DNA from: Callorhinchus milii
Lineage: Eukaryota
Assembly: GCF_018977255.1 (NCBI RefSeq)
Contig: NW_024704742.1
Span: forward strand, 80,354,001 to 80,418,000
DNA length: 64,000 nucleotides
Direction of reading: 5' to 3'
Program-made: the position numbers and the translations under genes
The notes under the pieces: generated by a model
Databases searched by the model: none
Told to the model about the DNA's origin: nothing
What the model saw: the letters and a program-made list of their open reading frames with translations, nothing else
Shown here: in pieces, positions 39,599 through 52,213 of the stretch
Layout: the number at the start of each line of letters is the position of its first letter
Numbering within the stretch: the first letter of the stretch is position 1

Positions 39599-40572
39599 AA
39601 TATAGCAACCAAAATTGTGAATACAGTGACTGTGCATTTGTAGACGAATATAGCAAGCTGAGAAATCTCATTGGATTGGTTGCATTCATTTGTAGAAACA
39701 CGGGGAAACTTTATTATACTTACTTAAATAAAACAGAATAACATTTATCCCAGAGCCACAAATTTCCTAAATTGTTCGAATGGAGCTGACTAACTCCCTA
39801 GACGAATTAAACAATAACAGATCCATTGCTGACAACACACCTTTGCAACATGGCCCTAATTATGTTTCCTTTGGTACTGATAACTATTTTTGAAAACAGT
39901 TTAATTGCACAGTACTTTATTACCATGGGCTGTCTGTAAAAGAATGCAACATTGTGGTATTGATCCATGCTTATAATATGGAAATCCATTATCGATTCTC
40001 CTGATACACATAGTTTTGCAGTGACTGTTGAATTTGAATTACAATGTTAGCCTGTTTCTAATCCAACAGAGCCATTAAGTCCCCTTCCATGTCTTAAAAA
40101 ATTCACCAAACAATGGACATTACCCCCTCCCCATCCTCTCTATTTCCAAGGTAGAGTCCTGCATAGATGCTCTCTCATCCTCACCACTGCAGAAAAATAT
40201 CAAGAAAAACAAAATCCAGAATATTGAATGATTCTCACATTTCCATAATTCACCCTGGTTTGCAATTCTCAATGGACATCATGATTTCCCCTCACCTGGT
40301 CTTGGCCCCAGCAACACAGAAACTGTTGTGTTGCTCATAGCTCCAAAAAGAAGGCATGAAATTGAAAACAAAAGAATTTGGGGATATTAAATATACAAAC
40401 AACACACAAGATCAAAGAGTTACCTCGAGTATCTATATAAGGAAATCTCTCCAAGATGCTACCCTACATGAAGAGCACTATATAAACGTAAGTTGTTGTT
40501 TTTATGTTGTATGTTACATAGATTGACTCAGTTAGCATGCCATTTGGCCCAACTAGTCTTTGCTGGTGTGTA

Positions 40573-40857
40573 TGATAATAATAATCCCTGCATTTGATAT
40601 AGTGCCTTATCACATAATTGAAACATCTCAAAGCGCTTCACAGCATATATTGTAAAGTGGATTGACTGTGTAAAGCTGCACTTTTTTTTTAGGTATTATT
40701 ATCCTGGAAAGCGATTCGCCAATTGACTAACAACAGGATTCCTACTTACTGCTAGGTAAACTGAGGTGTGTGGAGTAAGGAAACTTGCCTAAGGGTTTGC
40801 CCCACCCGGGAATCGAACCCGGATCCTCTCACTTGTGAGTCGAGCGAGCTATCCACT
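40573..40857 (-). mobile_element. tRNA-SINE long form, decayed, head cut off by an L2 3' end
   Basis: Tail, central segment and B box in reverse complement. Confidence 0.8.
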
Positions 40858-40859
40858 AA

Positions 40860-41365
40860 AACAAGAACAAACTACATTTGTATATCACCTTTCATGCTGG
40901 GAGGACATCCCAAAGCACTGGACAGTCAGGGATTTAGACCTGAGCAGAGAATTGGGATCAGGAGGGGTGGAGGGCAGTGAGGGTAGGGTTAGAGGGTGGA
41001 AAAAGGCGCGATCGAAGTGGAGGGTCTTGAGACTAGCCTTGAAGGAGGCAAGGGATGGAACAAGGTGAGGGCACTGTGGGATGGAGTTCCAAAGGGTGGG
41101 GGCCGAGAGGCTGAAGGCCCAACTACAAGGTTGGGGTGGGCTGGGCGGGAGACGTGAAGTAGGGCAGAGCCTACTAAATGGAGAGAGTGCACAATAAGGC
41201 GTTAGCACGTCGCAGAGATAAGAATGAGCAAGGCTGCAGAGGGTTTTGAAGGCGAGGATGAGGATTTTGAACTGTATCCTCTGGGGGTATGGGAAGCCAG
41301 TGGAGCCAGGTGAGGGTGGAGGTGATAGGATCATGGAGCCTGGTGCGGGAGAGGACACAAGCTGC
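40860..41365 (-). mobile_element. L2 3' fragment
   Basis: QRIQFKILILAFK..AFSLSAPTLWNSIP..FKASLKT. Confidence 0.9.
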
Positions 41366-42017
41366 AAAGGACACGGGACACCAAACAAGCCCTCCTCCAT
41401 TTCTCTCCTTTACCTCTCTATTTTCATATCCTTAATATATGTATGAAATGTTCTCTTCAATACATTGAAATACATTTCTCTTCAATACACCAATAATGTA
41501 TTATTTCTGACGAATGCCATGTTGTATCTATATCCTGGTCTCCAGCATAGCAAATCAATGTTTGCCACCCATATTAAATGTTGGATGCTGCATGGTCTTC
41601 CTTTCCTGCAGATTTCTGCAATAATAATATAAATGGATTTCTTGAAGTTCAACAGTTGAATATAATCAAACAAAAAAGAACATGTTTTATTATAAGTCAT
41701 TTCATCTTGTTTCTTCTTCTTTACTGTGAGGCATTTGCACCACAGGGACTTGAAAATTAAACGAAACTGAAGCAGCTGATAGGAATGAAAGGATGGCGCT
41801 GTTGAGAGTTATTCTAATGATCTCTTTTTAACCGCTTCACATTTCATTCCAAATCTGTTTCATTTCATTTTGTAACAAATGGCAAATAGCTGTAAAAAAA
41901 AATCGATGAAAATATTTGTAGGTGTAAAACAATAGTAACTCAATCAAACATAAAATGTTCTAGTGAAATGTGCATGAAAGCTAATAACCACAAGTTTCCA
42001 AACATGAGAGTATGTGT

Positions 42018-42503
42018 TCAACAACAACAACTTGCATTCATATAGCGCCCCTCATGCAGAGTAATGTTCCAGGAGTGACCTGAAGATGGGGAAGGAAGGT
42101 GCAAGGCAGAGGGATAGAGGAAGAGTGTTCCAGTGTTTCGGGGCATACTGACTGAAAGCACAGCCCCCATTGGTGGAAGGGAGGGCACAAGCGACATGCA
42201 GAAGGCCAAAGCCAGTCGAACGGAGGCAGCGGGTTGTGAGTTGGGGGACAAGAAATTCGGAGAGGTAGGGAGGTGCCAGGGCATGAATGGATTTCAAAAC
42301 GTGTGTGAGGATCTTGAAATCGATCTGTTCGGCGATAAGGAGCCAGTGAAGCCTGGCTACCTCTGGTGTGTTGGGTGTATAGAGTTTAGTATGGGTGAGT
42401 ATGCGGGCGGCGGAGTTTTGGATCAACTGGATCTTGTGCATGGTGGAGCTGGGGAGACCGGAAAAGAGGGCATTTGAGAAGTCGAGTCGGGAGGTGACGA
42501 ACG
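42018..42503 (-). mobile_element. L2 3' fragment (older subfamily)
   Basis: IQLIQNSAARILT..LHWL..IDFKIL..APPYLSE; (CAA)n tail on +. Confidence 0.88.
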
Positions 42504-44814
42504 TGTAACATGTTACAACAAAGCCAGATCATTGGGGGTAAGCATCATCTCAAATCTTAAGAACTTAAGAAGACATGGAAAGTCTATTTAGTCCATTCAA
42601 GGCTATCCTTCCCACAGTTATGTCCATCCAACAAGCATTGACCATTGATACCATAACCATGGATCCCAAGACATTCCCTCAACCTATACTCTCTTCCTGA
42701 AGCTGGATTGGAGCTGTTCCTGTCTCTATAACCCTCAAACCCCTTATTCAAGAAATTGATGTCATGCAAGCCTGGCTTTGGTAAGCAGTACTCCAGCCTT
42801 GGAGTCAAAAAAGGGTCAAGGCCTAGGTTAGGATTGTGAACTCACAGTCTAGGTTGACAATGCATTGCAATGGGGGAGGGTGGGGTGGGGGGCTACATTG
42901 GGTGAAGCAAGCACTCATGTAAGTTCAATGAGCCAATAGATCTCATCTCAAACGTACTATATTGCAGCACACACCCAACATTGCATTGAAATGTTATCCA
43001 AAACATTGAGAGTTCAAAGTCCCACAGCCTTCTTTGATTCAGAGGCTAGAGCGCTACCAACTGAGCCAGGCTGAAACACTTGCTAATGCGTTCCATTCAA
43101 TGTCCTCTTTCCTTGCACTGCATTCTGATTTCTCTAACCCATTGATTTGTAGCCTGTGTCTATCATATTGTCTGCTTCATGTTGTTAAAATCCACTGATT
43201 TCATTTTAACAATGTGCCATTCACTGAGCCATGAATGGATTTTCACAAATAAATGTTATCCCCCAGTTCAACTCAATAAGCAAGGAACCTTAATTCATTC
43301 TGATACTAAAATTAGTGCAACTGGATTTTATTTAACAGTGCGATGATAAATGACTCTTTGTATCAATGTGATTTTTTAACTTGTAAGGTTTGCACATGCT
43401 TGCTAAGTGAAATATCATTGGAAGCAAATGTAAATCAGTTATTAAAGCAAACCTGCTCTACTTTGTTTTCTTTCTGGTGCACAAATGTACCATATTCTAT
43501 TTTTTGAAACTCCCGATTACCGCTAGAATAATCAAGAGGAATTTAGAAGAATTGTTTACACGGAGAGAGTTATCAGAAAAATCTTTTATTGTAAGTAAAA
43601 AATATAATCTTTGCAACCATTCAGCTATGACACGATGGTACTGTAATTCTCTCCACTTGTCGTTCATTTACTAAACAATGCAGAAACTTTTATAAAGTGC
43701 AATTGATGTAAATGTTCCTCTTTCATCTTCCAGAATCTCTACTGTGTTCCTTCCCCACATCCTCGGCTATTTTCAATCCACTAGGCTCATTTACAGCAAT
43801 TTGAAAAGTATTTATTATTGCAGTCACAATTATGCCTGTCTCATGTTTGGTCCAATAAACTACTGAAAGTCTGTGGGCTTTGATAAATCCGTCGCCTCCT
43901 CTGCAGATTTCCTTAATGTCTTTCATGCTGAGCACTGACCTTACAGTGGCTATGTGCCATTCGAGAAAGCAGTTCAATCTCTCATCTGGCATTCAGGCTC
44001 TTACTAACCTCATCCATCAATAGGCCTTGCCCAACCTACCAATCCTGATGGGATTAAATAAGTAAATATTTCCCTTTCTTCCTGTCATTACACATAATGG
44101 CAAGTTCTTATGATGTGCATTGAAGTGTTGCCTTATAAAAATGGAAGTTTGATCTTCCTTTATTATTCCTTTAATTGTTCAGCATTAATTGCACCCTGAA
44201 TAAAAGCACAAGGTTTGACTTCCTTTTGATTCCTTACCATATTTATTGAAACCTTCTCACGTATTCACTATCCAGTAGGGGAAAAATCACCATCCCAAAA
44301 GATGGTAGCTCCTGTAAATAAGTCTCATTTCTCTGACTAATATGCGAGCTTTGATTATACGTTGACTAGTCCTGTTTCAATGTATTTACCATCAGCATTT
44401 TCATATCAGTTTTTAATCTCAACTTTGGATTCATATCTTCCTTTATTTCTGTTATATCTTCATTGGTGGATTTAAAGCTAAGAATGAATAAATTCCTTGA
44501 TATCTGTTGCACAGTACCTTTGGTGTAGAAATACACTTGACACACCTGTGATCTCCTGGCATCCATTCTTCCATTATTCAGATTGGATTTCATCTTACAA
44601 ATATGCTACCTCTGCAGATGACTGCCATGATCTGTCTAGGATTGTACCAAACTCTTCAATATAATTTGTGGTGTTTTTTTGCCTTCAAATTATAACCTTC
44701 ATTATTCTAAGGGACATACCCAGTGGTTTACATGCACTCCATAAGACTAGAGGATATTATACATCCAATGCCCAGCTTTAATGTTTAAATCTAACCATCA
44801 GTCTGATTTTTTGT

Positions 44815-44914
44815 TTGTCAGCTGGGTATCTGACACATGCAGAAACTCATAACTATACTTATGAGTATCCAAATGAGACTGCAAGTTCCACACTTCCCAC
44901 CTACACATGCAAAT
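44815..44914 (+). repeat. Unclassified dispersed repeat, 5' part (copy C)
   Basis: tgtcagctgggtatctgacacatgcagaaac...gagtatccaaat...cccacctacacatg matches copies A and B. Confidence 0.75.
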
Positions 44915-45289
44915 GGGCCACATATTGGCAAGGCGGAGGCTTGGAAATCCCAGTGAGTGTGTTGAATAATTGCTGGAGTTTAATCTGTCTGATAAAATCC
45001 TACATATTTTTGAGTGTTTTCCTTTTACCTCTTTGCAATGATATATACCTTTATAACTGGTTGGTTGGGCTGTGTGTTGGAGCGCAGAGAGGAGGAGTGT
45101 GGGCTGTCAGTTTAAATGCGGTCAAGAGAAAAACACAGTGTGACATGAAAATTCTCGGTTTCCAAAAAAAAGGATAAATATTATTTTTTTAAAAAATTGC
45201 ACCCTTCTCACTGTCTTGTTATTTTAAAGTATTTAAAAGTAAACTTAAATACTTAAAGTTTTTTTTATATAAAGCTATGAGCGCTTTCT

Positions 45290-45830
45290 CCAGTCAGATG
45301 CAGCCCCCCTAAAATCCTCTGTTTCTACTCCCCAATCTTTTCTACCTCCACTCAATTCTCTCCCATCACCCTCCTTCCTTCTCTCCCTCCTGGACTTAAA
45401 TTCCTGATTGTCTACCACCCCCTAAACCACCACTGGCTCCTCACATCCCTCTAGCTCTGTACTGACCTCCTCTTCATAATGGACAATTTCAACTTGCATC
45501 TGAACTCCTCCTGCCCCATCTCCTCTGATTTCTCAACCCTTCTCTCCTCTCTTAACCCCACTCTCCACATAAACTGCCCTACCCACAACTGAGGCCACCC
45601 CTTTTGGACCTCATTATTACACATGGTCTTGACATCTCTGAGCTCTGCATCATGGATAAGGCCACATCTGATCATTTCCTCATCTCCTCCTCCTCCCTTT
45701 TCCATCCACCAGAATTTCCACCATCTCGTCATCTCGAGTCCCTTACAAACACCCTCTCGTCCTTGGACTTTCTTTACCTCTAGCCCTCCACCTGCAGCAA
45801 TCTTGATGCACTCATTAAGCTTGTACAGTT
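45290..45830 (+). mobile_element. Old L2 APE-region fragment
   Basis: Pyrimidine-rich; LIVYHPPK, NFNLHLN, PTH..GHP.DL.IT, SDH-like codons. Confidence 0.7.
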
Positions 45831-46109
45831 GTAGCATGAAAGATTTGTATTGAAATAGTATGTGAAACATTATCATAAACATTGCAGTGTGTTCAATTTG
45901 TAAATTTTAAGCTGAATTGACTTTAAGCAAGAACATTTTTATGTGATGTAAAATGGATGAACATTTTTCAAGTACTCTGAGACAATATCCATGTGAAATA
46001 TGCTATATAAATGCAACTTGCTGTTGTTTGAAGAGGACCAAATTAAGAAGTGAGAAATTACAACAGATGGGGTGAGTAAATATGATTGAAAAGAGAGAGG
46101 GTGATAAAT

Positions 46110-46520
46110 ACAACAACAACAACAACATTCGATTTATAGAGTGCCTTTCACGTCGGGAGGACGTTCCAAGGCGCTGTACAGTTGGGTCAGGACCCGAGCA
46201 GGGGGGAAATGGTCAGGGTGAGGGAAGGGAAGGGAGGGAGCGAGGAGGGGGTAGAGAGTCGAGAGGGGAGCTGAAGGCTCGGTCAAAGACAAAGGTCTTG
46301 AGACCGGCCTTGAAGGAGGAAAGGGAGGAGGCGGCCAAGGCACTGGGGGATAGAGTTCCAGAGCCTCGGGGCTGAGAGGCTGAAGGCTCGGCCACCGATG
46401 GTAGGGCGATTGGGGCGGGGGATGTGGAGCAGACCAGAGCCAGAGGAATGGAAGGTATGGGCAGGTAGGTAGGCGGGAGCAAGAATGGCCTTGTAGGTGA
46501 GGATGAGGATCTTGAATTCC
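46110..46520 (-). mobile_element. L2 3' fragment (same subfamily as 23266-24731)
   Basis: Closely matches 23266-23700 including the 3' stem-loop and tail. Confidence 0.92.
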
Positions 46521-46790
46521 AGTTTAATAATAGGCTTTCTCTGGCACATTCAAGAGTTATTAAATAGGATGTTCTAACCTTTTCAGATATAAATCTGTCA
46601 TGTTGCCTGATAGATGTTTTTATAATACTAAACATACTCTGATTAAAAAGAATGTACTTCCTTGTCAATTCTTTAGCTCTTTTTAATAGACTGCAGTGAC
46701 CTCTAGGAAGCAAGGCAATGATGGACTAATTTACAGTATTTTTAACGGGATTCTTTAACAAGCAAGTAGATCAACCATAAACACGTTGTG

Positions 46791-47086
46791 CTTGCCAAGC
46801 AGCGATATCGATGGCAAGCTATGCAGTTTTAGCTGGTTAGACTTCAGCAGTAACCCAACACACACTCTGGGGTTCCCAATCCTTGGCTCTCACAAACCTG
46901 CCCCTAATACTTTCCGGAATTAGATAAGCAGGAAGCATCCCTCCAGGGAGAGAGTGCATATTCCATTGCAACAATCTATCTCTGGAATTTCCACGTGTAG
47001 GTGGGATACATGGAATTCTCATTGGTTTGGATACTCTTAAGCACGTGGATGGGTTTCCGCATATGTCAGTCACCCACTGACCAAAA
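46791..47086 (-). repeat. Unclassified dispersed repeat, longest copy (copy A)
   Basis: Overlaps copies at 59585, 44815 and 9505. Confidence 0.8.
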
Positions 47087-47234
47087 TAAATAAATAAACA
47101 CATTGTCACTACTCTTCACAGTATTTCCTGTGAAGCACTTTGAGACTTACCCAAGACATGATTATTCTGCACTATATCAAATATCAGGTTTAGATATGAT
47201 ATATATTCATATAATAAATATTATAAACAAAGCG

Positions 47235-47346
47235 CAAAATACTGCAGATGCTGAAAATCTGAACCAAAACTAGAAGTCGCTGGGAACACTCAGCAGGTCA
47301 GTCTGCTTCCTGACCTGCTGAGTGTTCCCAGCAAATTCTGTTTCTG
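47235..47346. repeat. Foldback element with perfect 23-bp inverted repeat (probable collapsed Penelope-associated terminal repeat)
   Basis: gctgggaacactcagcaggtcag (47279-47301) pairs with ctgacctgctgagtgttcccagc (47310-47332); preceded by aaatactgcagatgctgaaaatctga. Confidence 0.7.
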
Positions 47347-47729
47347 TAATAAATATTATAGATTGTTCAGAACAGAGGTCAAGCATGTTGCACAACTTAT
47401 TAAGCAATCTCATTAAGATATACTGCAAATTAGATCCCACTATATATTGAGCAATCTCCGTTCAGATTCATGCAAGCAATTCTGGAGCATTATATTAAAA
47501 AATTGTACAGTACCGGTAGATGCTGCATATCAATTTCATTTGGAAATAGTAATGTTTTCTAATAAATAGCTTTCCTAAGACTTGGGGGTCCTAAAAAATA
47601 AGGAATAAAAATGTACAATTATTTTGATCCCAGTGATCCCAGTAATATTGACCAAAAAGTATGTCTTATTTGATGCTCAAATAGGGGGAAATTTGTGGAA
47701 TTTGATCATGATAAATGTTACTCGCCCTA

Positions 47730-49005
47730 AAAACCACTGCTATCACACCCCTCCTCAAAAAAAACCCACCCTCGATCCCTCTACTCTCTCACACTACCAT
47801 CCCATTTCCAACCTACCCTTTCCGTTGTTGCAGGTTAACTTCGGTCACACCTCTCCCTCCACTCCCTCCTCAAGCCCTTGCAGTCTGGTTTTCGCCCTGC
47901 CCACAGCACAGACAATGCTTGTCTAAGTCACAAACAACGTCCTGTCTATCTGTGACCAGGGCTCCTTCTGCCTCTTCATCCTCCTGGATCTCTCTGCCGT
48001 GTTCGACACAGTCGATCACGCCATCCTCCACTATTGTCTCTCCTCCCTCATCCACCTTAGTGGGACTACGCTCGCATGGTTCGAGTCCTACTTAACCAAC
48101 CTCCTCCATTTCGTCTCGGCAAATGGATTTTCTTCCTGCTACCGCCCAGTCACCTGCGGGGTACCCAAAGCTCCATCCTTGGCCTTCTTCTTTTCCTTAT
48201 CTATATGCTCACTCTGCAGACATGGGGTAAACTACCACATGTATGCAGATGACACACAAATCTACTTTGCCTTCTCCAGTACCAAATCTAGGTCTGCTGA
48301 TGTTCTATCAGCTCGTCTGGCAGACATCAGGGCCTGGATGAGTGTAAACTTCCTGCAGCTGAATGTGGACAAGACGGAAGCCATACTTCTTGGCTCCCAT
48401 CAACATCTTCATTCCTGTGGATCTGAACTCCTCAACCTCCCTGGACTCTCCCTCAGACTCACCAAACCAGTGTGCAATCTCGGCAGCTGGTTCAACCCCC
48501 AGCTGTCCCTCCTCCCCCACATCCGATCCCTGACCAGAACCGCCTTCATCCACCTCCGCCACATTGCCAGCCTCCGACCATACTTTACCCCAAATGCAGC
48601 TGCTTGCATTTGTCATCTCCTGCTTGGATCACTCAAACACATTCCTCGCCGGTTTCCCCAGCTCCACTAATCAAAAGATCCAGCTCATTCAAAACTCTGC
48701 CGCCTGCACACTGACCCGGACCAAATTCTGTACCCACATCTCACCAGTTCTGACCAGGCTCCACAGGCTCCTCATCACCGAACAGATCGACTTCAAGATC
48801 CTCACTCTCGTGTTCAAATCCCTTCACTCCCTGACACCTCCCTACCTCACCGACCTCCTCACTCCCCAATCCACCACCCGGCACCTCAGCTCGACTGGCA
48901 CCGGCCTCCTGCTCGTCCCTCGCATCCTCCGCCCCACCATCAGAGGTCGCGCTTTCAGCCACTACACCCCGAAACTCTGGAACATTCTCCCTCAAACCCT
49001 CTGTC
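47730..49005 (+). mobile_element. L2 RT fragment, frameshifted, lacking 3' end
   Basis: [51 protein letters not shown]. Confidence 0.92.
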
Positions 49006-49405
49006 TCGGGACATCTCAAAGCACTTTGCAGAGTATAGTGTAAAGTGTAGTTACTGTATTTTTAGGCGAACGCAGCAGCCAATTTTCGCACGGCAAAGTC
49101 CCGCAAACAGCCATCAAGTGAGTGACCAAATGGCTGTTGAATCTGAGTCCATAAAGTAATTTAATGCATAAGTACCTGCATAAGTACCTGCGAGCGAAAA
49201 AACTCAATAAGAAATGTTCCAGGGAACGAGCGAAGGAAGGGTATTGGAATAGATAACTGCACTTTGTCCCCAACCCTGATTGATGATTTATTCTGCAAAT
49301 TTTGCCAGATATCATCATTCAATAATAATCATCATTAACACTTTCTTTATTGATCGCTTATCATATTATCTCTTTTAATTTCCCAACTTATATAAACTTC
49401 AAAGA

Positions 49406-49428
49406 ATATATATATATATATATATATA
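49406..49428. repeat. (TA)n microsatellite
   Basis: Direct inspection. Confidence 0.9.
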
Positions 49429-50930
49429 CATAGATAACTATGTAGGTTATCCTGTCCTGTTCCTCAAACTTTAAAAGTAATTTAGGGCTGATATCAAATT
49501 ATGGTCTTGTCCAAATCCATTCTTCTTAAATCAAAGTGGGATTTATTGGCGCAGGACATGAATGCCTTCTCTTGTTTTTTCATTTTATGATTCCATGAAC
49601 TGCTGATTAGAATTCAACAGCAACAAGAACAACTTGCATTGATATAGCACCCTTGACATGGGGTAGGATCCTAGAGCGCTTTCCTCCAGTATCCTCTAAA
49701 ATTCCATGGGCTCAGTGGCGGTGTGTGGTTTGAAAGTGCAGCAGCAATACAATTGCTCAAGTGAAAACATACTGTGGTGGAGCAGCAATTACTTCTCATG
49801 ATTTCCCACATGCTGATAGCAACTGAGCTGCCTGCAGAGGCTGTATTCAGCACCACAGGGCATAAGGAAAAATTATAGGTTCCCAGGCACCTTTTAGCAT
49901 CAGGTTGAAGAATTTTGCGCACAGCAATGTTCCCCCAAACAGCCATTAAATGAATTTCCAAAATTGCTGCGAAATCTTTAACATCCACCTGAACAGGTAG
50001 AAGCCACCGCTAACACAGACACAAGCTGACATATTGGCTTGACTGACAGGGAGATTGGCCATTCAGAGGTAAGGACTCCCCGATGAGCAGCCTGCCAGAT
50101 AGATTTGGGAGGAGACTGAACCCTCTGTAGCTCCAGCCACCCACCCACTGACAATGGCGTCACCGCGGATAATTCAAACCCCCTCCCAGGACTGCACTGG
50201 AATATCAGTAGACTGTGAGGAATTTATCCTATGTAGAAGCTATTATATTAAAGCAGCTTGTTGTTCCTGCTGATTGATGAATAATGTGTACGTTTAAACA
50301 CAGCGTGATTAAAGTAAAAGACCTACTGGATCAGGAAGGATATACTAAATCTTAGATTTTTGAATCTGTGTGCGCGCAAAACTGCTCTAATTTACTGAAT
50401 TGCAACCTATCAGCTGTGACAAATGACCCAGATGCACAGTTACAAAGATACCCTAATGAGAGTCTTGATATCAGTGTGAACAGGCTATCACCGAAATAAA
50501 TTCCCGAAGGTATCAAAACACATTCGAAGTAGGGCAAAACATTAAATGTGACAACCTTTCAACAGAGTTTCTCAGAGGACAAGTTGAACATCTAGCTGCT
50601 AAAATCAATACAATAATAGCATTACAATGGCAGAATTGTGCTACTATAATATGTGAAAGATTGTGTGACCCTATTTAAAAGTTGCTTCTCTCCAAATCTG
50701 GAACCAATTTGGAAATAGATCTCAATTCAGAAGGCAAGCAAAGATCTCGGGGAACTTAAATTTATTCCAGACGTAGATTATGAATTTAGATATTTGGATA
50801 TGGGGAGATGGAAAGGAGAAAACATTTTGTTTGAGTGAGTGATGGCACTTGACCTAAAAATAATCCTTCATAATCCTTCCATTTGATATAGCTGCTTTTA
50901 TAAATTTTATATTTTATCACTTTGTAAAGT

Positions 50931-51240
50931 GGAGTCCTGCAGCTCCTTGGTTAGAGCACTGACCTCGCAAGCGAGAGACCTGAGTTCGATTCCCAGCAGG
51001 GAGAAACTTTGGGCAAGTTTCCTTACTCCGCACGCCTGATAATAATGCCTCAAGGAAAAAAAACAATAATAATTTAGTCACTTAATCCACGACTGTTTGT
51101 GGGACACTGCTGTGAGCATTGGCTGCCGTGTTTCGGTCACAAATATATAGTCAATTCACTTTACAGTATATTCTGTAAAGCTCTTTGAGACGCCTCGAAG
51201 ACGTGAAAAGTACTGTCTCAAATGAAAGCATTATTATTAT
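50931..51240 (+). mobile_element. tRNA-SINE short form, full length
   Basis: Head, B box gagttcgattcc, body, ATT tail. Confidence 0.9.
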
Positions 51241-51477
51241 TTTATGTTTGAGGACATTTCAAAGTACGACACAGGATTTCCTATAAAATGACTTGTATTT
51301 TGATTGTATTTTGTAGGCCAACAGCAATTTTATGAATGATGTGGATCAAAACTGAGGTGGATAGACATTTGTTAGGTCAGGGTATTAATGGATACAGGGT
51401 AAGGGTGGGTAATTGGACTTGAGGTACAGATCAGCGATGATCTTATAAAATGATGGAACAGGCTCAAGACAATGAAT

Positions 51478-51810
51478 GGAGTCCTGTGGCTCAGTGGTTA
51501 GAGCACTCGCTTTGCAAGTGAGAGACCTGAGTTCAATTCCAGACAGGGCGAAACCTTGGGCAAGTTTCCTTACTCCACACAGAGCCTAATAATAATCCCT
51601 CCAAAAAAACCAAAACAATAATAAAAAAAATTGGTCATTTTCAATCCATGACTGTTTGTGGGACATTGCTCTGCGCAATTGGCTGCCTCGTTCGCCCACA
51701 AATATACAGTCAATTCACTTTACAGTGTGTTCCGTGAAGCGCTTTGGGACGTCTAGAAGACGTGAAAAGCGCTGTATCAAATGCAAGGATTATTATTATT
51801 ATTATTATTA
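51478..51810 (+). mobile_element. tRNA-SINE short form inserted in a CR1 3' UTR (CR1 approx. 51340-51477 and 51811-51830)
   Basis: Complete SINE; aatgg on both sides; CR1 motif ggctcaag..tgaatgg|cttattcctgtt is split. Confidence 0.92.
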
Positions 51811-51840
51811 TAATGGCTTATTCCTGTTTCTGTGTTGTGA

Positions 51841-52213
51841 TAATAAAATAATAATCCTTTCATTTGATATAGCGCCTGATCATGTCTTTGAGGCATCTCC
51901 AAGCGCTTCACAGATTATATTGTAAAGTGAATTGACTGTACATTTTGTGGGTGATATGCAGCATCCAATTGCGTACAACAGTGTTTCACAAACAATTATG
52001 AATCGAGTAACCAATTTTATTATTTTTTTAAGCAATTATCACCTTCGGAAAAACAATCCGCCAATTGACTAACAATCAGATTCCTGGTTTACTGCTAGGT
52101 AAACAGAGGCGTGTGGAGTAAGGAAACTTGCCCAACGTTTCACCCTGCCAGGAATGAAACCCAGGTCTCTCGCTTGCAAGGTGAGTGCTCTAACCACTGA
52201 GTTACAGGACTCC
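51841..52213 (-). mobile_element. tRNA-SINE long form, full length
   Basis: Reverse-complement head, central segment and tail. Confidence 0.9.
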
